A stretch of 64,000 nt of DNA from an uncultured candidatus Porisulfidus sp. (GTDB taxonomy: Bacteria; Pseudomonadota; Gammaproteobacteria; Poriferisulfidales; Poriferisulfidaceae). The DNA lies in NCBI GenBank assembly GCA_965204575.1, contig OZ241993.1:901850-965849 (forward strand), in the 5' to 3' direction. Each line of letters starts with the position of its first letter. Within the stretch, counting starts at the first letter, position 1. Below, one piece after another: positions 19,910 to 30,781 of the stretch. The position numbers were made by a program, and so were the translations under genes. The notes below the pieces were generated by a model. It saw nothing but the letters and a program-made list of their open reading frames with translations. It was not told the origin of the DNA and ran no database searches.

Positions 19910-21406
19910 CTAGGCTGCCCGATTTTGAGGGCTGGGGTCTCGGGTGTCGGTCCCGGAACGCCGGCGCAAGGCCAGTTCGTCCAGGTAGCCGTCCGGTACG
20001 CCGGTCACGTAATCCCCGGTAAACACGGAGCAGTCGAAATTCTGGAGTTCGGGATTTCCGTCCTGGACCGCGGCGATCAGGTCCGGCAGGTCCTGGTAGA
20101 TCAGGCGGTCGGCGCCGATGGCCTCGCACACTTCGGGAATATCGCGCCCGTGCGCGATCAGCTCCTCGGCGCTCGGCATGTCGATGCCGTAGACGTTGGG
20201 GTAGCGGATCGGCGGCGAGGCGGAGCAGAAATAGACCTTTTTGGCCCCGGCGTCCCGCGCCATCTGCACGATTTCGCGCGATGTGGTGCCACGCACGATC
20301 GAATCGTCGACCAGCAGGACGTTGGTGCCTTCGTATTCGTTGCGGATCGGGTTGAGCTTGCGCCGCACGGACTGACGGCGGACCTGCGCCTCGGGCATGA
20401 TGAAGGTCCGGCCGATGTAGCGGTTCTTGATGAAGCCCTCGCGGTAGGGGCGGTTCAGCCGGTAGGCCATCTCCAGCGCCGCGGTGCGGCTGGTGTCGGG
20501 GATCGGGATGACCACGTCGATGTCGTGATCGGGCCACTCCCGCAGGATCTTGTTCGCCAGGCGCTTGCCCATGCGCATCCGCGAGCGTTGCACGGAAACC
20601 CCGTTCATCACCGAATCCGGCCGGGCGAAGTAGACGTACTCGAAGATGCAGGGCGCATAGGTTTCCCGGCTTCCGCAGATTTCGCTGTGCACCGTGCCGT
20701 CCAGGCCGATGAACAGGGCCTCGCCGGGCGCGAGGTCGCGCTCCAGGGTGAAGCCCAGCATGTCCAGCGCGACGCTCTCGGAAGCGACGATATGTTCCGG
20801 TCCCCCGCCGGTGTCCCGGGTGCCGTACACCAGCGGGCGGATGCCATAGGGGTCGCGAAACGCCAGGACCCCCCAGTCGGCGACCAGGCACACCGCCGCG
20901 TACGCGCCGATGCAGCGACGGTTGACCCCCCGAACGGCCTGGAACAGTTCCTTCGGGTCGCGTGCGGTCGATTCGGGCCGGGCCAGCAGTTCGTGCGCGA
21001 GGACGTTGAGCAGGATCTCGGAGTCGGATTCCGTGTTGATGTGGCGCCGGTCTTCGCGGAACAGTTCCTGCCGCAGCGCTTCGGTGTTCACCAGGTTGCC
21101 GTTGTGCCCCAGCGCGATGCCGTAGGGAGAGTTGACGTAAAGCGGCTGCGCTTCTTCGGACTTTTCCGTCCCGGCGGTGGGGTAGCGCAGATGGCCGATG
21201 CCGGCTTCGCCGCGCAGGCGCAGCAGCCTCTTGCCGCGGAACACGTCGCGGACCAGGCCGTTGCCCCGCAGTTGATGCAGCCGCCCCTCGCGGTCGTAGG
21301 TGGTCAGCCCCGCGGCGTCCTGGCCCCGGTGCTGCAGCACGTTCAACCCTTCATGCAGGTCCTGTGCGACGGGTCGATGGCTGACAATGCCGATCAATCC
21401 ACACAT
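19910..21406 (-). CDS. purF: amidophosphoribosyltransferase
   Basis: Start set at MCGLIGIV (Ntn Cys1). The track ORF 19910..21526 is an upstream frame extension. PRPP-binding and Fe-S Cys motifs present. Confidence 0.9.
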   Translation of the reverse strand: MCGLIGIVSHRPVAQDLHEGLNVLQHRGQDAAGLTTYDREGRLHQLRGNGLVRDVFRGKRLLRLRGEAGIGHLRYPTAGTEKSEEAQPLYVNSPYGIALGHNGNLVNTEALRQELFREDRRHINTESDSEILLNVLAHELLARPESTARDPKELFQAVRGVNRRCIGAYAAVCLVADWGVLAFRDPYGIRPLVYGTRDTGGGPEHIVASESVALDMLGFTLERDLAPGEALFIGLDGTVHSEICGSRETYAPCIFEYVYFARPDSVMNGVSVQRSRMRMGKRLANKILREWPDHDIDVVIPIPDTSRTAALEMAYRLNRPYREGFIKNRYIGRTFIMPEAQVRRQSVRRKLNPIRNEYEGTNVLLVDDSIVRGTTSREIVQMARDAGAKKVYFCSASPPIRYPNVYGIDMPSAEELIAHGRDIPEVCEAIGADRLIYQDLPDLIAAVQDGNPELQNFDCSVFTGDYVTGVPDGYLDELALRRRSGTDTRDPSPQNRAA

Positions 21407-21411
21407 GGCGG

Positions 21412-22029
21412 CTACTCGGGCAGTGCCTCCGAGAGGGTCTCGGAGACCGTTTCGGAGACCGTTTCGGCCAGCGTCTCGGTAGAACCCGGGTAGTGGAACA
21501 GGTCCTGCCAGTCCTCGGGCATCCACTCGACAACCTGCTGGGCAGCCTCGACAAAGTAGGGGATCAGCGTTGACTCTTGCCAGAACCCTGCTTCGGGAAT
21601 CGCGGTGGTACCGGCGATCAGCACCAGCACCAGCACCAGCAGGCCGCCGCGCAGCAGCCCGAACAGGAACCCCATGACCCGGTCGCTGCGCTGCAGGACG
21701 CCGCTGCCCTTGTCCTTGGCCATCTGGGCGAACAGTCGGTGCAGTTGCGACACCACGACGAAGGTGAGGAGGAACAATACGATCCCGGCGACCGGCGCGT
21801 GAAACTCGGTGAGGCCATAGGTGCGCTCGCCCAAGGTGACCTCGTCGAATATCTCGGGTACGAACTGCGCACCGAACTCGGCGAACTGGAAGGCCACGAC
21901 GAGCCCCACCACCCAGGCCAGGATGGTGACCAGTTCCTCGGCGAAACCGCGCAGCCAGCTCAGGATGCCGGAGATCAGGATGATCAATGCGATCATCACG
22001 TCAACCAGGGTGGCGCCGAGAATGGTCAT
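21412..22029 (-). CDS. cvpA: colicin V production protein CvpA
   Basis: 205 aa, four TM helices. Conserved cvpA-purF arrangement. C-terminal (SETV/L)n repeat tail. Confidence 0.85.
   Translation of the reverse strand: MTILGATLVDVMIALIILISGILSWLRGFAEELVTILAWVVGLVVAFQFAEFGAQFVPEIFDEVTLGERTYGLTEFHAPVAGIVLFLLTFVVVSQLHRLFAQMAKDKGSGVLQRSDRVMGFLFGLLRGGLLVLVLVLIAGTTAIPEAGFWQESTLIPYFVEAAQQVVEWMPEDWQDLFHYPGSTETLAETVSETVSETLSEALPE
21431..21478 (-). repeat. four degenerate 12-nt tandem repeats (gagaccgtttcg-like) encoding the (A/S)ETVSETVSETLSEA tail of CvpA
   Basis: Direct reading of 21431-21478 gives gagagggtctcg / gagaccgtttcg / gagaccgtttcg / gccagcgtctcg. Confidence 0.6.
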
Positions 22030-22514
22030 GGCTGCCGGACGACCCAGCCCTGGTGCACTTCGGTAAGGTTTTTCTTGGCCTTGATGCCTTTCAGCACGTG
22101 TTCAGCTTCCTGCTGGCTGGGATAGGGGCCGACCCAGATTCGCTGGTGGGTCTTGCCGTCGGGCGCGTCCTTCTCGAACAGGTTGGTGCGGTAGCCCGCC
22201 TCGCGCATGGCGTCGCGGATCTCGGTGGCCTTAGCGGCGTTCTGGAATCGGCCGACCTGGATAAACCACTTGTCCTTCGGCGCCAGAGCGGCAGCTTCTC
22301 CGGCATCCGGGCCGGGCATGGCCCGGGTCTCCGGCGCATTCATGTCGGCGGGGAACGTTTGGTGGGTGAAGACCAGTTCCTTCGGCGCGGCGACATCCTG
22401 CAGCGGCCGGACCAAGTCGGGACGCTGCGTGTCAAGCAGCATCGGGATCACTAGAACCCCAATGAGAATGAGCAAAACGGCGCCGAGGAGCCGTTGTTTG
22501 AGTGCGAGTTCCAA
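22026..22514 (-). CDS. dedD: SPOR-domain cell-division protein (DedD-like)
   Basis: 162 aa. N-terminal TM helix, C-terminal SPOR-like region WFIQVGRFQNAAKATEIRDAMREAGY ... VGPY. ATGA overlap with cvpA. Synteny folC-dedD-cvpA-purF. Confidence 0.7.
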   Translation of the reverse strand: MELALKQRLLGAVLLILIGVLVIPMLLDTQRPDLVRPLQDVAAPKELVFTHQTFPADMNAPETRAMPGPDAGEAAALAPKDKWFIQVGRFQNAAKATEIRDAMREAGYRTNLFEKDAPDGKTHQRIWVGPYPSQQEAEHVLKGIKAKKNLTEVHQGWVVRQP

Positions 22515-22713
22515 CGCCAGAAGTCGGGAGCTGTCGCGGGGAGGACATTATAGCCTTTTAGCAGGGTTTTTGCCGGTTCTTGGGTTGTTTACAAAGATGC
22601 TTTGCATCTAAGTACTGCGCTGATGGTGTGCTCTTTAGAGCCAAGGCAGACAAGAATTGTAGTTATGTTAATGTAGTTACATAAATGACACGAGTCGTCA
22701 AGGCCCGAAAAGC

Positions 22714-23016
22714 ATGGCCCACAAGCAAAACACCATGAAGAAGAAAATTTCTGAAAAACTTACCAAGCAACAAAAGAGGGAGATTGCGGCCCTTGCCGAA
22801 GAAGAGATTGATACGAGCGATATCCCTGAAATTCTGGATTGGTCTGGTGCCAAGCGCGGATTGCTGTATCGGCCGGTGAAGCAGCAGATCACGCTGAGGC
22901 TGGATGCCGATGTAATTGCATGGTTTAAGGCAAATGCGCCCGGGGGACGGGGATACCAGACTGAGATAAATCGTGTCCTCCGCGAATATGCCAGACCAGC
23001 CTTCAAGCGAAAATAA
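22714..23016 (+). CDS. BrnA-family antitoxin-like protein (no adjacent BrnT)
   Basis: 100 aa. ITLRLDADVIAWFKANAPGGRGYQTEINRVLREY matches the BrnA signature (IxxRLDxDVLxWFK ... GYQTRIN ... LRxY). The upstream 200 bp has no BrnT-sized ORF. Confidence 0.6.
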   Translation: MAHKQNTMKKKISEKLTKQQKREIAALAEEEIDTSDIPEILDWSGAKRGLLYRPVKQQITLRLDADVIAWFKANAPGGRGYQTEINRVLREYARPAFKRK

Positions 23017-23050
23017 CGATCAGATTTTGATTCGTGGTGCGTCAATTTTT

Positions 23051-23938
23051 TCAGTCCCTGTTTCTCAAGCCAAGGGCATGTAGCCAGGCATCAATTTGCC
23101 CGAATGCATCCTGCTGCCACTGATCGGGAGTCCTGCTTTGCAACGCACGGGTTCCCTCAACAAACTTTCTTACTGAAGTCGGTCCAAAACCATCGACCGT
23201 TTCGAACTTCTCGTCGATTGTCGTATAACTGTTTCTGCCATCTTCATGCTCCAGCATTGGTCTACAGGCTTTAGCCAGCGCGTTGGGGCCGCCTGGATAA
23301 TTGCGGATACAGTAGTAGATATCGTAAGCATCTTTCATCTTCAGCCGATTGCCGAGCGCGAAGCCTTTCATCACAAGAAATGCGGGAATGGATGCGGCTG
23401 CGATGCGGACGCGGTTGATGCCGCCTTCGGGCATAGGGCCATCAATGTCAATCATTTCAAAAAACTGCAAGGCGAGTTTGGCACCATCAGCTCTTTGGGC
23501 AGCGAAGCCGTCAATTAGTGGGGGCCGGTTTGGCACGATGTCAGCATCTTTTGGCATCAGGAAATCAACAACGATACTGATAGATGTGCCGCCATCTTTT
23601 GGCTGAATTCGCCGCACGAGTTGAAACTTCGCCCGCTTTTTATCCTGGGTATAGCCATGTTCAATCAGATCGGTAAGCAACTCCACATATTCGCCATTGC
23701 CAAGCGCTTCCGCATCAAGGACAAGATCAGCATCGGTTGTGCCGACATGTTGCATGTCTTTGCTGTTGAGGAGCAACCAAGGGATCGCCCCACCTATGAC
23801 TACGAATTTACCCCTGAAACTACCAAGAATCTGCCCGATCTCGACGAGGACAGATTTCACCGCCTCGGTTGTGCGGTCGTCATAATCAGCTGCTGATAGC
23901 GGTTCGCCGTCACGGAGGTCATTGCGTTTTATTGCCAC
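23051..23938 (-). CDS. nucleotidyltransferase, AbiEii/DUF1814-like toxin
   Basis: KFVVIGGAIPWLLLNSKDMQHVGTTDADLVLD matches the AbiEii GGTAL ... R.T.DIDL NTase motif. Start is uncertain: a GTG at 23938 overlaps the upstream gene's stop as GTGGCAATAA, whereas the track ORF extends to 23998. Confidence 0.55.
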   Translation of the reverse strand: MAIKRNDLRDGEPLSAADYDDRTTEAVKSVLVEIGQILGSFRGKFVVIGGAIPWLLLNSKDMQHVGTTDADLVLDAEALGNGEYVELLTDLIEHGYTQDKKRAKFQLVRRIQPKDGGTSISIVVDFLMPKDADIVPNRPPLIDGFAAQRADGAKLALQFFEMIDIDGPMPEGGINRVRIAAASIPAFLVMKGFALGNRLKMKDAYDIYYCIRNYPGGPNALAKACRPMLEHEDGRNSYTTIDEKFETVDGFGPTSVRKFVEGTRALQSRTPDQWQQDAFGQIDAWLHALGLRNRD

Positions 23939-24999
23939 GTCAGGACCTCTCGCCTCAAGTGCTCGGCTGCTTCCTCGCCTCGATCTCCGGAAATCCACAG
24001 ATCAAGGTAGGTCTGGACCGGATTCGTGCAAACCACGTTTGGCATAGGCTCCACCGAGTTTGCAAGCAAGCCCTGATTCTTTAAGATGAGAACTTCGACG
24101 TTTTCTCCCTTGTCAACGAGAGACGCATCAAGCACATCCTTGATTCGGGCGGCTCCCTTCCTGTCAGCATAGAAGTAGTGGGTGCCTGTCCGGGCGTAAG
24201 GCGCAATCCAAAGTGCGGCCGAAAAAGACGCGAATGCGGTGTGGCAGTCAAACAGCGGCGCCGAGAATATCTCTTTGGTGGCTTTCTCGAAGGCCGATCC
24301 ATGGAGATGGGTATAAAACTTTTCGATGCTGCCGGACGGGCGGGAATAGATTTCACGCCACGCGTTCAGCAGTGAATCAGGGTCGGCAAGAGCCATGCCG
24401 TCGTCCCCGATTTCCACCCACTTGCGTTCCAGCAACAATTTGCGGACGTTACTGACCTGGCCGAGGCTGGATTCTGCGGCCTCGGCGAGTTCCGCTACCC
24501 GCCAGGTACGCTTCGAATCACTGAGCATGACGTGCAGGATTTCTGCTGCCTTCGGGCTGAACAGCGACTTCAGTGCTCGCTTCTCTGAGGCAGGCCGTCC
24601 CGGGACACTGACGTCGATCAGAATCCCTGGGGCCTGAAAGAATGCATTTCCATGGAGGTCGAGATAGTTAATGCCATATTCGCCACAGATCTCGCGGGAC
24701 TTTTCCGAGAGAAAAGGGGCGATCAGAACAGGCAACGCATCGATATCCATGCGAGCAATGGCATCGTGGAGTTGCAATGCGCCATGGTGTGCGTGGCGCG
24801 GTTCACCGTTGCTTTTCACCTCGCAGACAATCTTGTAGGGCTGGTTGAAGGCACGAATTGATACAAGAAAATCCACGTAGCGGTTAGTGCCGCTAACGCA
24901 TGCCCCGGCGTCAATCTTGTCGACTTTAATTTCTGGATTACGGCTGAACAAGTTTTGCAAGCTCTCAACAGCCAGTGCCATGATGTCTATCTCTTTCAT
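23929..24999 (-). CDS. AbiEi-like antitoxin/regulator with an extra N-terminal PD-(D/E)xK-like domain and a central wHTH
   Basis: 356 aa. N-terminal D-FLVS ... IVCEVK resembles a PD-(D/E)xK core. The middle RTWRVAELAEAAESSLGQVSNVRKLLLERKWVE looks like a wHTH. The C-terminal LLANSVEPMPNVVCTNPVQTYLDLW resembles the AbiEi C-terminal domain. Located immediately upstream of the NTase. Confidence 0.45.
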   Translation of the reverse strand: MKEIDIMALAVESLQNLFSRNPEIKVDKIDAGACVSGTNRYVDFLVSIRAFNQPYKIVCEVKSNGEPRHAHHGALQLHDAIARMDIDALPVLIAPFLSEKSREICGEYGINYLDLHGNAFFQAPGILIDVSVPGRPASEKRALKSLFSPKAAEILHVMLSDSKRTWRVAELAEAAESSLGQVSNVRKLLLERKWVEIGDDGMALADPDSLLNAWREIYSRPSGSIEKFYTHLHGSAFEKATKEIFSAPLFDCHTAFASFSAALWIAPYARTGTHYFYADRKGAARIKDVLDASLVDKGENVEVLILKNQGLLANSVEPMPNVVCTNPVQTYLDLWISGDRGEEAAEHLRREVLTWQ

Positions 25000-25142
25000 C
25001 TAAAATTATCAATTCGGCGAACGTTGAAAACACATTATATAGCGAAAAGAGTAATAGACCAAATGCCGTAGGGCGTACTTAAATTAGCTTCTTTACGGGC
25101 AGAAGACCATCTACCCTGGATCAGTTGAAATTCAGGAATTGC

Positions 25143-26447
25143 TCAGGCAGAAGGTGCCTTTTCCCGATCCAGTTCTATCCCCTGCGACTGATGCAGCAGC
25201 ACCTCTCCGACCGCGAACACCGAACCGAACACCACCACGGCCCCTTCCTGCCCGGCTCTTGAGGCCGCTTCCCGGTAGGCTTCCGTGATAGTGGGGTGGA
25301 TATGCACTGCGGGCAGTTTGCAGGATTCCGCCAGCACCCGCAGGGTTTCCAGCGGGATGGTGCGGGGGGATTCCACTTCGCTCAGGTGCCAGCTTTCGAC
25401 CAGCGGACTCAGTGGCCCCAGAATGTTTGCCACGTCCTTTTCCTGCAATGCGGAGAAGACCGCGTGCAGCGGTCGCCCGGGCCGGTAGCGGCGAAGGTTG
25501 CGGGCTAGGTTGATCGCCCCCTCCGGATTGTGCGCGATGTCCAGCACGGTATCCACGGGTTTGCTCAGGACCTGGAAGCGTCCGGTCAGGCTGACGTCTT
25601 CGAGCGCGTGCCGAATGGTCTCCGGATCGAACCGTCCCAGATGGTGCAGCACGGTCAGGGCGCTGGCCGCATTGTTCAGTTGCACCCTTCCGGGCAACTG
25701 AGGCGGGGTCGGCAGGTCCAGGCTGATGCCGTCGCGGTGGCGGTAGCGCCAGCGGTCGGAGCCGAGAGGCTCCGCGAAGAAGTCGCTGCCAATGCGCTGT
25801 AGTGGTGCGCCCAGGCGTCGGGCCTGATCTGACAAGCTGGCGGGGAGGTCGGGTTCTCCGCAGATCACGGGCCGCCCCGGGCGCATGATGCCGGCTTTTT
25901 CCCGCCCGATCGATTCCCGGGTCCGGCCCAGCCACTCGGTGTGGTCGATGCTGATGCTGGTAATCAGGGCGACGTCGGCGTCCCACAGGTTGACCGCGTC
26001 CATCCGCCCGCCAAGGCCGACCTCCAGGATCGCATAGTCGATCTCTCGCTCGCGAAAGACCGACAGGGTGGCGAGGGTGCCGTACTCGAAGAACGACAGG
26101 CTGGTGTCGCCGCGGGCCTGTTCCACCTGTTCGAAAGCACGGCACAATGACGCATCGTCGACCTCCGCCCCGTCGATGCGGACGCGTTCGTTATAGCGAA
26201 TGAAATGCGGCGAAGTATAGGCGCCGACCCGCCCGTGCGGGCGCAGCATGGCTTCCAACAGGGCCACGCTGGAGCCTTTCCCGTTGGTCCCGGCGACGGT
26301 GACGATCCGGAAATCGGGCGCTTCCAGCAGGTTCATGCGGCGGGCCACCACCCGAATCCGTTCCAGCCCCAGGTCGATGCTGCTGGTGTGCAGCTGCTGC
26401 TGCCAATCGACCCACTCGGACAGGGAGGAGAATCGCATGGCGGGCAC
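25143..26447 (-). CDS. folC: bifunctional dihydrofolate synthase / folylpolyglutamate synthase
   Basis: 434 aa. P-loop VAGTNGKGS and Mur-ligase-like domains. Confidence 0.9.
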   Translation of the reverse strand: MPAMRFSSLSEWVDWQQQLHTSSIDLGLERIRVVARRMNLLEAPDFRIVTVAGTNGKGSSVALLEAMLRPHGRVGAYTSPHFIRYNERVRIDGAEVDDASLCRAFEQVEQARGDTSLSFFEYGTLATLSVFREREIDYAILEVGLGGRMDAVNLWDADVALITSISIDHTEWLGRTRESIGREKAGIMRPGRPVICGEPDLPASLSDQARRLGAPLQRIGSDFFAEPLGSDRWRYRHRDGISLDLPTPPQLPGRVQLNNAASALTVLHHLGRFDPETIRHALEDVSLTGRFQVLSKPVDTVLDIAHNPEGAINLARNLRRYRPGRPLHAVFSALQEKDVANILGPLSPLVESWHLSEVESPRTIPLETLRVLAESCKLPAVHIHPTITEAYREAASRAGQEGAVVVFGSVFAVGEVLLHQSQGIELDREKAPSA

Positions 26448-26472
26448 CGGGGGGAAGACCGAACGGCGAGAA

Positions 26473-27345
26473 CTACGCGTCCCGTGCGCGGGGCGAGCGG
26501 TTCATCATCAGGCGCAACAGGTCGGCGATCGTGTCGCGCATCTCGCCGCGCGGCACCAGCATGTCGATGGCGCCATGCTCCAGCAGGAATTCGCTGCGCT
26601 GGAAGCCTTCCGGCAGGGTCTCGCGCACGGTCTGTTCGATCACGCGCGGACCGGCGAAGCCGATCAGCGCGCCGGGCTCCGCGATCTGGACATCGCCCAG
26701 CATGCCGAGCGAAGCCGAAACCCCGCCCATGGTGGGGTCGGTCAGCACCGAGATGTAGGGCAAGCGATTTTTCCGCATCCGGGCCAGCGCGGCGGCGGTC
26801 TTGGACATCTGGAACAGCGACACCAGCGCTTCCTGCATGCGCGCGCCCCCGCTGGTGGAGAAGCATACCAGCGGTATTCGCTCCTTCAGGCAGACGGCGG
26901 CCGCCTGCGCGAATTTCTCGCCGACGACCGAGCCCATGGAGCCGCCCATGAAGCCGAACTCGAACGCCGCGCAGACCAGCGGCATGCCGTGTAGTTGTCC
27001 CTGCATGACCACCAGGGCGTCCTTTTCCTTCGTGGCCTTCTGCGCCTGGCCGATGCGGTCCCGGTAACGCTTGCTGTCGCGGAACTTCAGAAAATCGCGG
27101 GGCGCAAGCCCGGCAATCAGTTCCTGCCGGGGTTGCTCGTCCAGGAACATCGCCAGACGTTCCCGGGCCGATACGCGCATATGGTGCCCGCATTTCGGGC
27201 AGACGTTCAGGTTGCGCTCCAGCTCGGACCGGTACAGCGGGGTGCCGCAGTTCGGGCACTGGATCCACAGGCCCTGCGGGACTTTCCGGGCGCTGCCGCT
27301 CTCGATCCGGATCTGGGGCGGCACCAGGCGCTTGTACCAACTCAC
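26473..27345 (-). CDS. accD: acetyl-CoA carboxylase carboxyltransferase subunit beta
   Basis: GTG start VSWYKRL preceded by GGGAGG. Zn-ribbon CPNCG ... CPKCGHH. Aligns with E. coli AccD throughout. The 604-aa track ORF is an artefactual 5' extension. Confidence 0.9.
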   Translation of the reverse strand: MSWYKRLVPPQIRIESGSARKVPQGLWIQCPNCGTPLYRSELERNLNVCPKCGHHMRVSARERLAMFLDEQPRQELIAGLAPRDFLKFRDSKRYRDRIGQAQKATKEKDALVVMQGQLHGMPLVCAAFEFGFMGGSMGSVVGEKFAQAAAVCLKERIPLVCFSTSGGARMQEALVSLFQMSKTAAALARMRKNRLPYISVLTDPTMGGVSASLGMLGDVQIAEPGALIGFAGPRVIEQTVRETLPEGFQRSEFLLEHGAIDMLVPRGEMRDTIADLLRLMMNRSPRARDA

Positions 27346-28153
27346 GGGGTTCCTCCCGGACGGTCCGCGGTGTCGATGCCGGCACGCAGATCCTGCAGCA
27401 ATTCGGTGGCGGCGGCGTGCGGGTCCGTCGCGGCCTGGATCCGGTCGATCAGCGCGCTGCCGACGACGACCGCGTCGGCCAGCTCCGCGGCGCGGGCCGC
27501 GGAATCCGCGTCCTTGATGCCGAACCCGATGCCGACGGGCAGGGTGGCGTGTGTGCGGATGCACTTCATACGTTCCGCCACGTCCTCCATATCCAGGCGA
27601 TCCGCGCCGGTCGTCCCGCGCAGGGACACATAATAAAGAAACCCTTTCGCCTGGCCGCAGATCTGCCGGATCCGCGTCTCGGTCGTGGTCGGGGCGAGCA
27701 GGAAGATCTCGTCCAGTTCGTGGTCGATCAGGGCCTGCCGGATCGCATCCGCTTCCTCCGGGGGAAGGTCGACCACCAGCACCCCGTCGACGCCGGCTTG
27801 GGCGGCCTGCTCCGCGAAGGTGCCGACGCCCATGGCGACGATCGGGTTGGTGTAGCCCATCAGGATCAACGGCGTCTCCGCGTCGTCGTTCCGGAATCCA
27901 GCGGCCATGTCCAGCACGTCGCGCAGGCGGACCTGGTGCGCCAGCGCCCGCTCGCAGGCGGCCTGGATCACGGGCCCGTCGGCCATCGGGTCCGAGAACG
28001 GAACCCCGAGTTCGATCAGGTCGGCCCCGGCCTGCACCAGCGTGTGCAGCAGCGGCACGGTGGCGGCGGGCTCCGGGTCGCCCGCGGTCAGGTAGGGGAC
28101 CAGTGCCGTGCGCCCGGTTTTCTGGAGTTGGGCGAAGCGCCCGGCGATGCGGC

Positions 28154-28157
<4 letters not shown>
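27342..28157 (-). CDS. trpA: tryptophan synthase alpha chain
   Basis: 271 aa. [10 protein letters not shown] ... [14 protein letters not shown]. Stop overlaps the accD GTG (GTGA). Confidence 0.9.
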
Positions 28158-29357
<1,200 letters not shown>

Positions 29358-29371
<14 letters not shown>

Positions 29372-29981
29372 GGTTCACCTCCCGCATGAATGCCGCGATT
29401 TTTTCCGGGTCCTTGAGCCCGGGCGAAGCCTCGACGCCGCTGCTGACGTCCACGCCCCAGGGACGGACTGCCCGGATCGCCTCGGCCACGTTCCCCGCCT
29501 CCAGGCCGCCCGCCAGAATCAGCGGCCGCGGGTCTTCGGAGCGAACCTTCGCCCAGTCGAAGGTCTTGCCCTGCCCGCCCGCCTCTCCCGATGCATGGCT
29601 GTCCAGCAGGAAGCCGTGCGCGTCGGGATAATGCTGCTGGTAATCGGCCAGGGCATCGGGTTCGTTCATGGGCACGGCCTTGATCCAGTGGCCTTCGAAC
29701 CGGGCACACAAGTCCGGCGCTTCGCCGCCGTGATACTGCAGGCCGTCGAACGGGATGGTTTCGATCAATTCGTCGAGGAACTGCGGGTCCGGGTCGAGCA
29801 CGACCGCGTAGGCATCCATGAAAGGCGGCAGGATGTCGATGATCGAACAGGCGACGGCCGGTTCAACATTTCGCGGGCTGGGCTCGTGGAATACCAGCCC
29901 GATGGCGTCGGCGCCCGCTTCGGCGGCGAGCAGGGCGTCGGCCGGGTTCGTAATGCCGCAGATTTTGACACGGGTGCGCAT
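29358..29981 (-). CDS. trpF: N-(5'-phosphoribosyl)anthranilate isomerase
   Basis: Start at [11 protein letters not shown]. The track ORF is extended to 30035. Confidence 0.85.
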
Positions 29982-29983
29982 GT

Positions 29984-30778
29984 TCAGGAGGGCAGGCTGT
30001 AATCCGGAGTCCACAGGGGCGGCGGGATGCCGCATTCAGGGGGATAGTTTACGCGCATCAGGTACAGCCCGTCCGGCGGCGCGGTGATGCCGCCCGCCGT
30101 GCGGTCGCGCTGTTCCAGCAACTCGGCCAGCCATTCCGGGGGGTGTTCGCCGTGGCCGATGTCGATCAGGGAGCCGGCCAGGATTTTCACCATGTGGTGC
30201 AGGAAGCCGTCGGCCTCGACGTCGATGTGGACGAACGGTTCGCGGGCGGTGACGTCCAGCCGGAAGAGAGTGCGCCGGGGATGGCGGGCCTGGCACTCCG
30301 CCGCCCGGAAGCTGGTGAAGTCGTGTTCGCCCAGCAGGGCCTGGGCGGCCTGGTGCATCCGTTCGACGTCCAGGGTCTTGGGAATCCGCGTGACCTTGCC
30401 GGCCAGCAGGCCCGCCGCGGCAGCGTCGCGCTGCAGGATGATGTAGCGGTAGTGGCGCCGGGTCGCGGAGTAGCGGGCATGGAAGTCGTCCGCGACCTTC
30501 CGCACCCAGGAGACGCTGACGGTGGGCGGCAGGTGTGCGCCCGCGCCCCGTTGCCAGGCGTGCAGGGAGCGGTCCGCGGTGGTGTCGAAATGAATGACCT
30601 GGCCGGCCGCATGCACCCCGGTGTCGGTGCGGCCGGCGACGGCGGTGCGGATCGGGCGGTCGGCGACGGCGGAGAAGGCTTCCTCGACCGCATCCTGGAC
30701 GCTCGGAGCGTGGCTTTGCCGCTGCCAGCCGTTGAAGCCGGCGCCGTCGTATTCGAGACCGCAGGCCAGGCGGGGCAT
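29984..30778 (-). CDS. truA: tRNA pseudouridine(38-40) synthase TruA
   Basis: 264 aa. LEYDGAGFNGWQRQ ... RTDTGVHA catalytic Asp motif. Confidence 0.9.
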   Translation of the reverse strand: MPRLACGLEYDGAGFNGWQRQSHAPSVQDAVEEAFSAVADRPIRTAVAGRTDTGVHAAGQVIHFDTTADRSLHAWQRGAGAHLPPTVSVSWVRKVADDFHARYSATRRHYRYIILQRDAAAAGLLAGKVTRIPKTLDVERMHQAAQALLGEHDFTSFRAAECQARHPRRTLFRLDVTAREPFVHIDVEADGFLHHMVKILAGSLIDIGHGEHPPEWLAELLEQRDRTAGGITAPPDGLYLMRVNYPPECGIPPPLWTPDYSLPS

Positions 30779-30781
30779 GGG

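Larger units (their letters stand above)
22515..25142. other. AT-rich accessory islet inserted in the folC-dedD intergenic region
   Basis: Compositional drop. Its three genes are all toxin-antitoxin or abortive-infection-like. Flanked by conserved neighbours folC (25143) and dedD (22514). Confidence 0.55.

Noticed and set aside
19910-21526. 538-aa purF ORF with a 40-aa N-terminal extension
   Set aside because: PurF must begin with Met-Cys (Ntn hydrolase). The MCGLIGI start at 21406 is 5 nt after the cvpA stop, and the extension overlaps cvpA.
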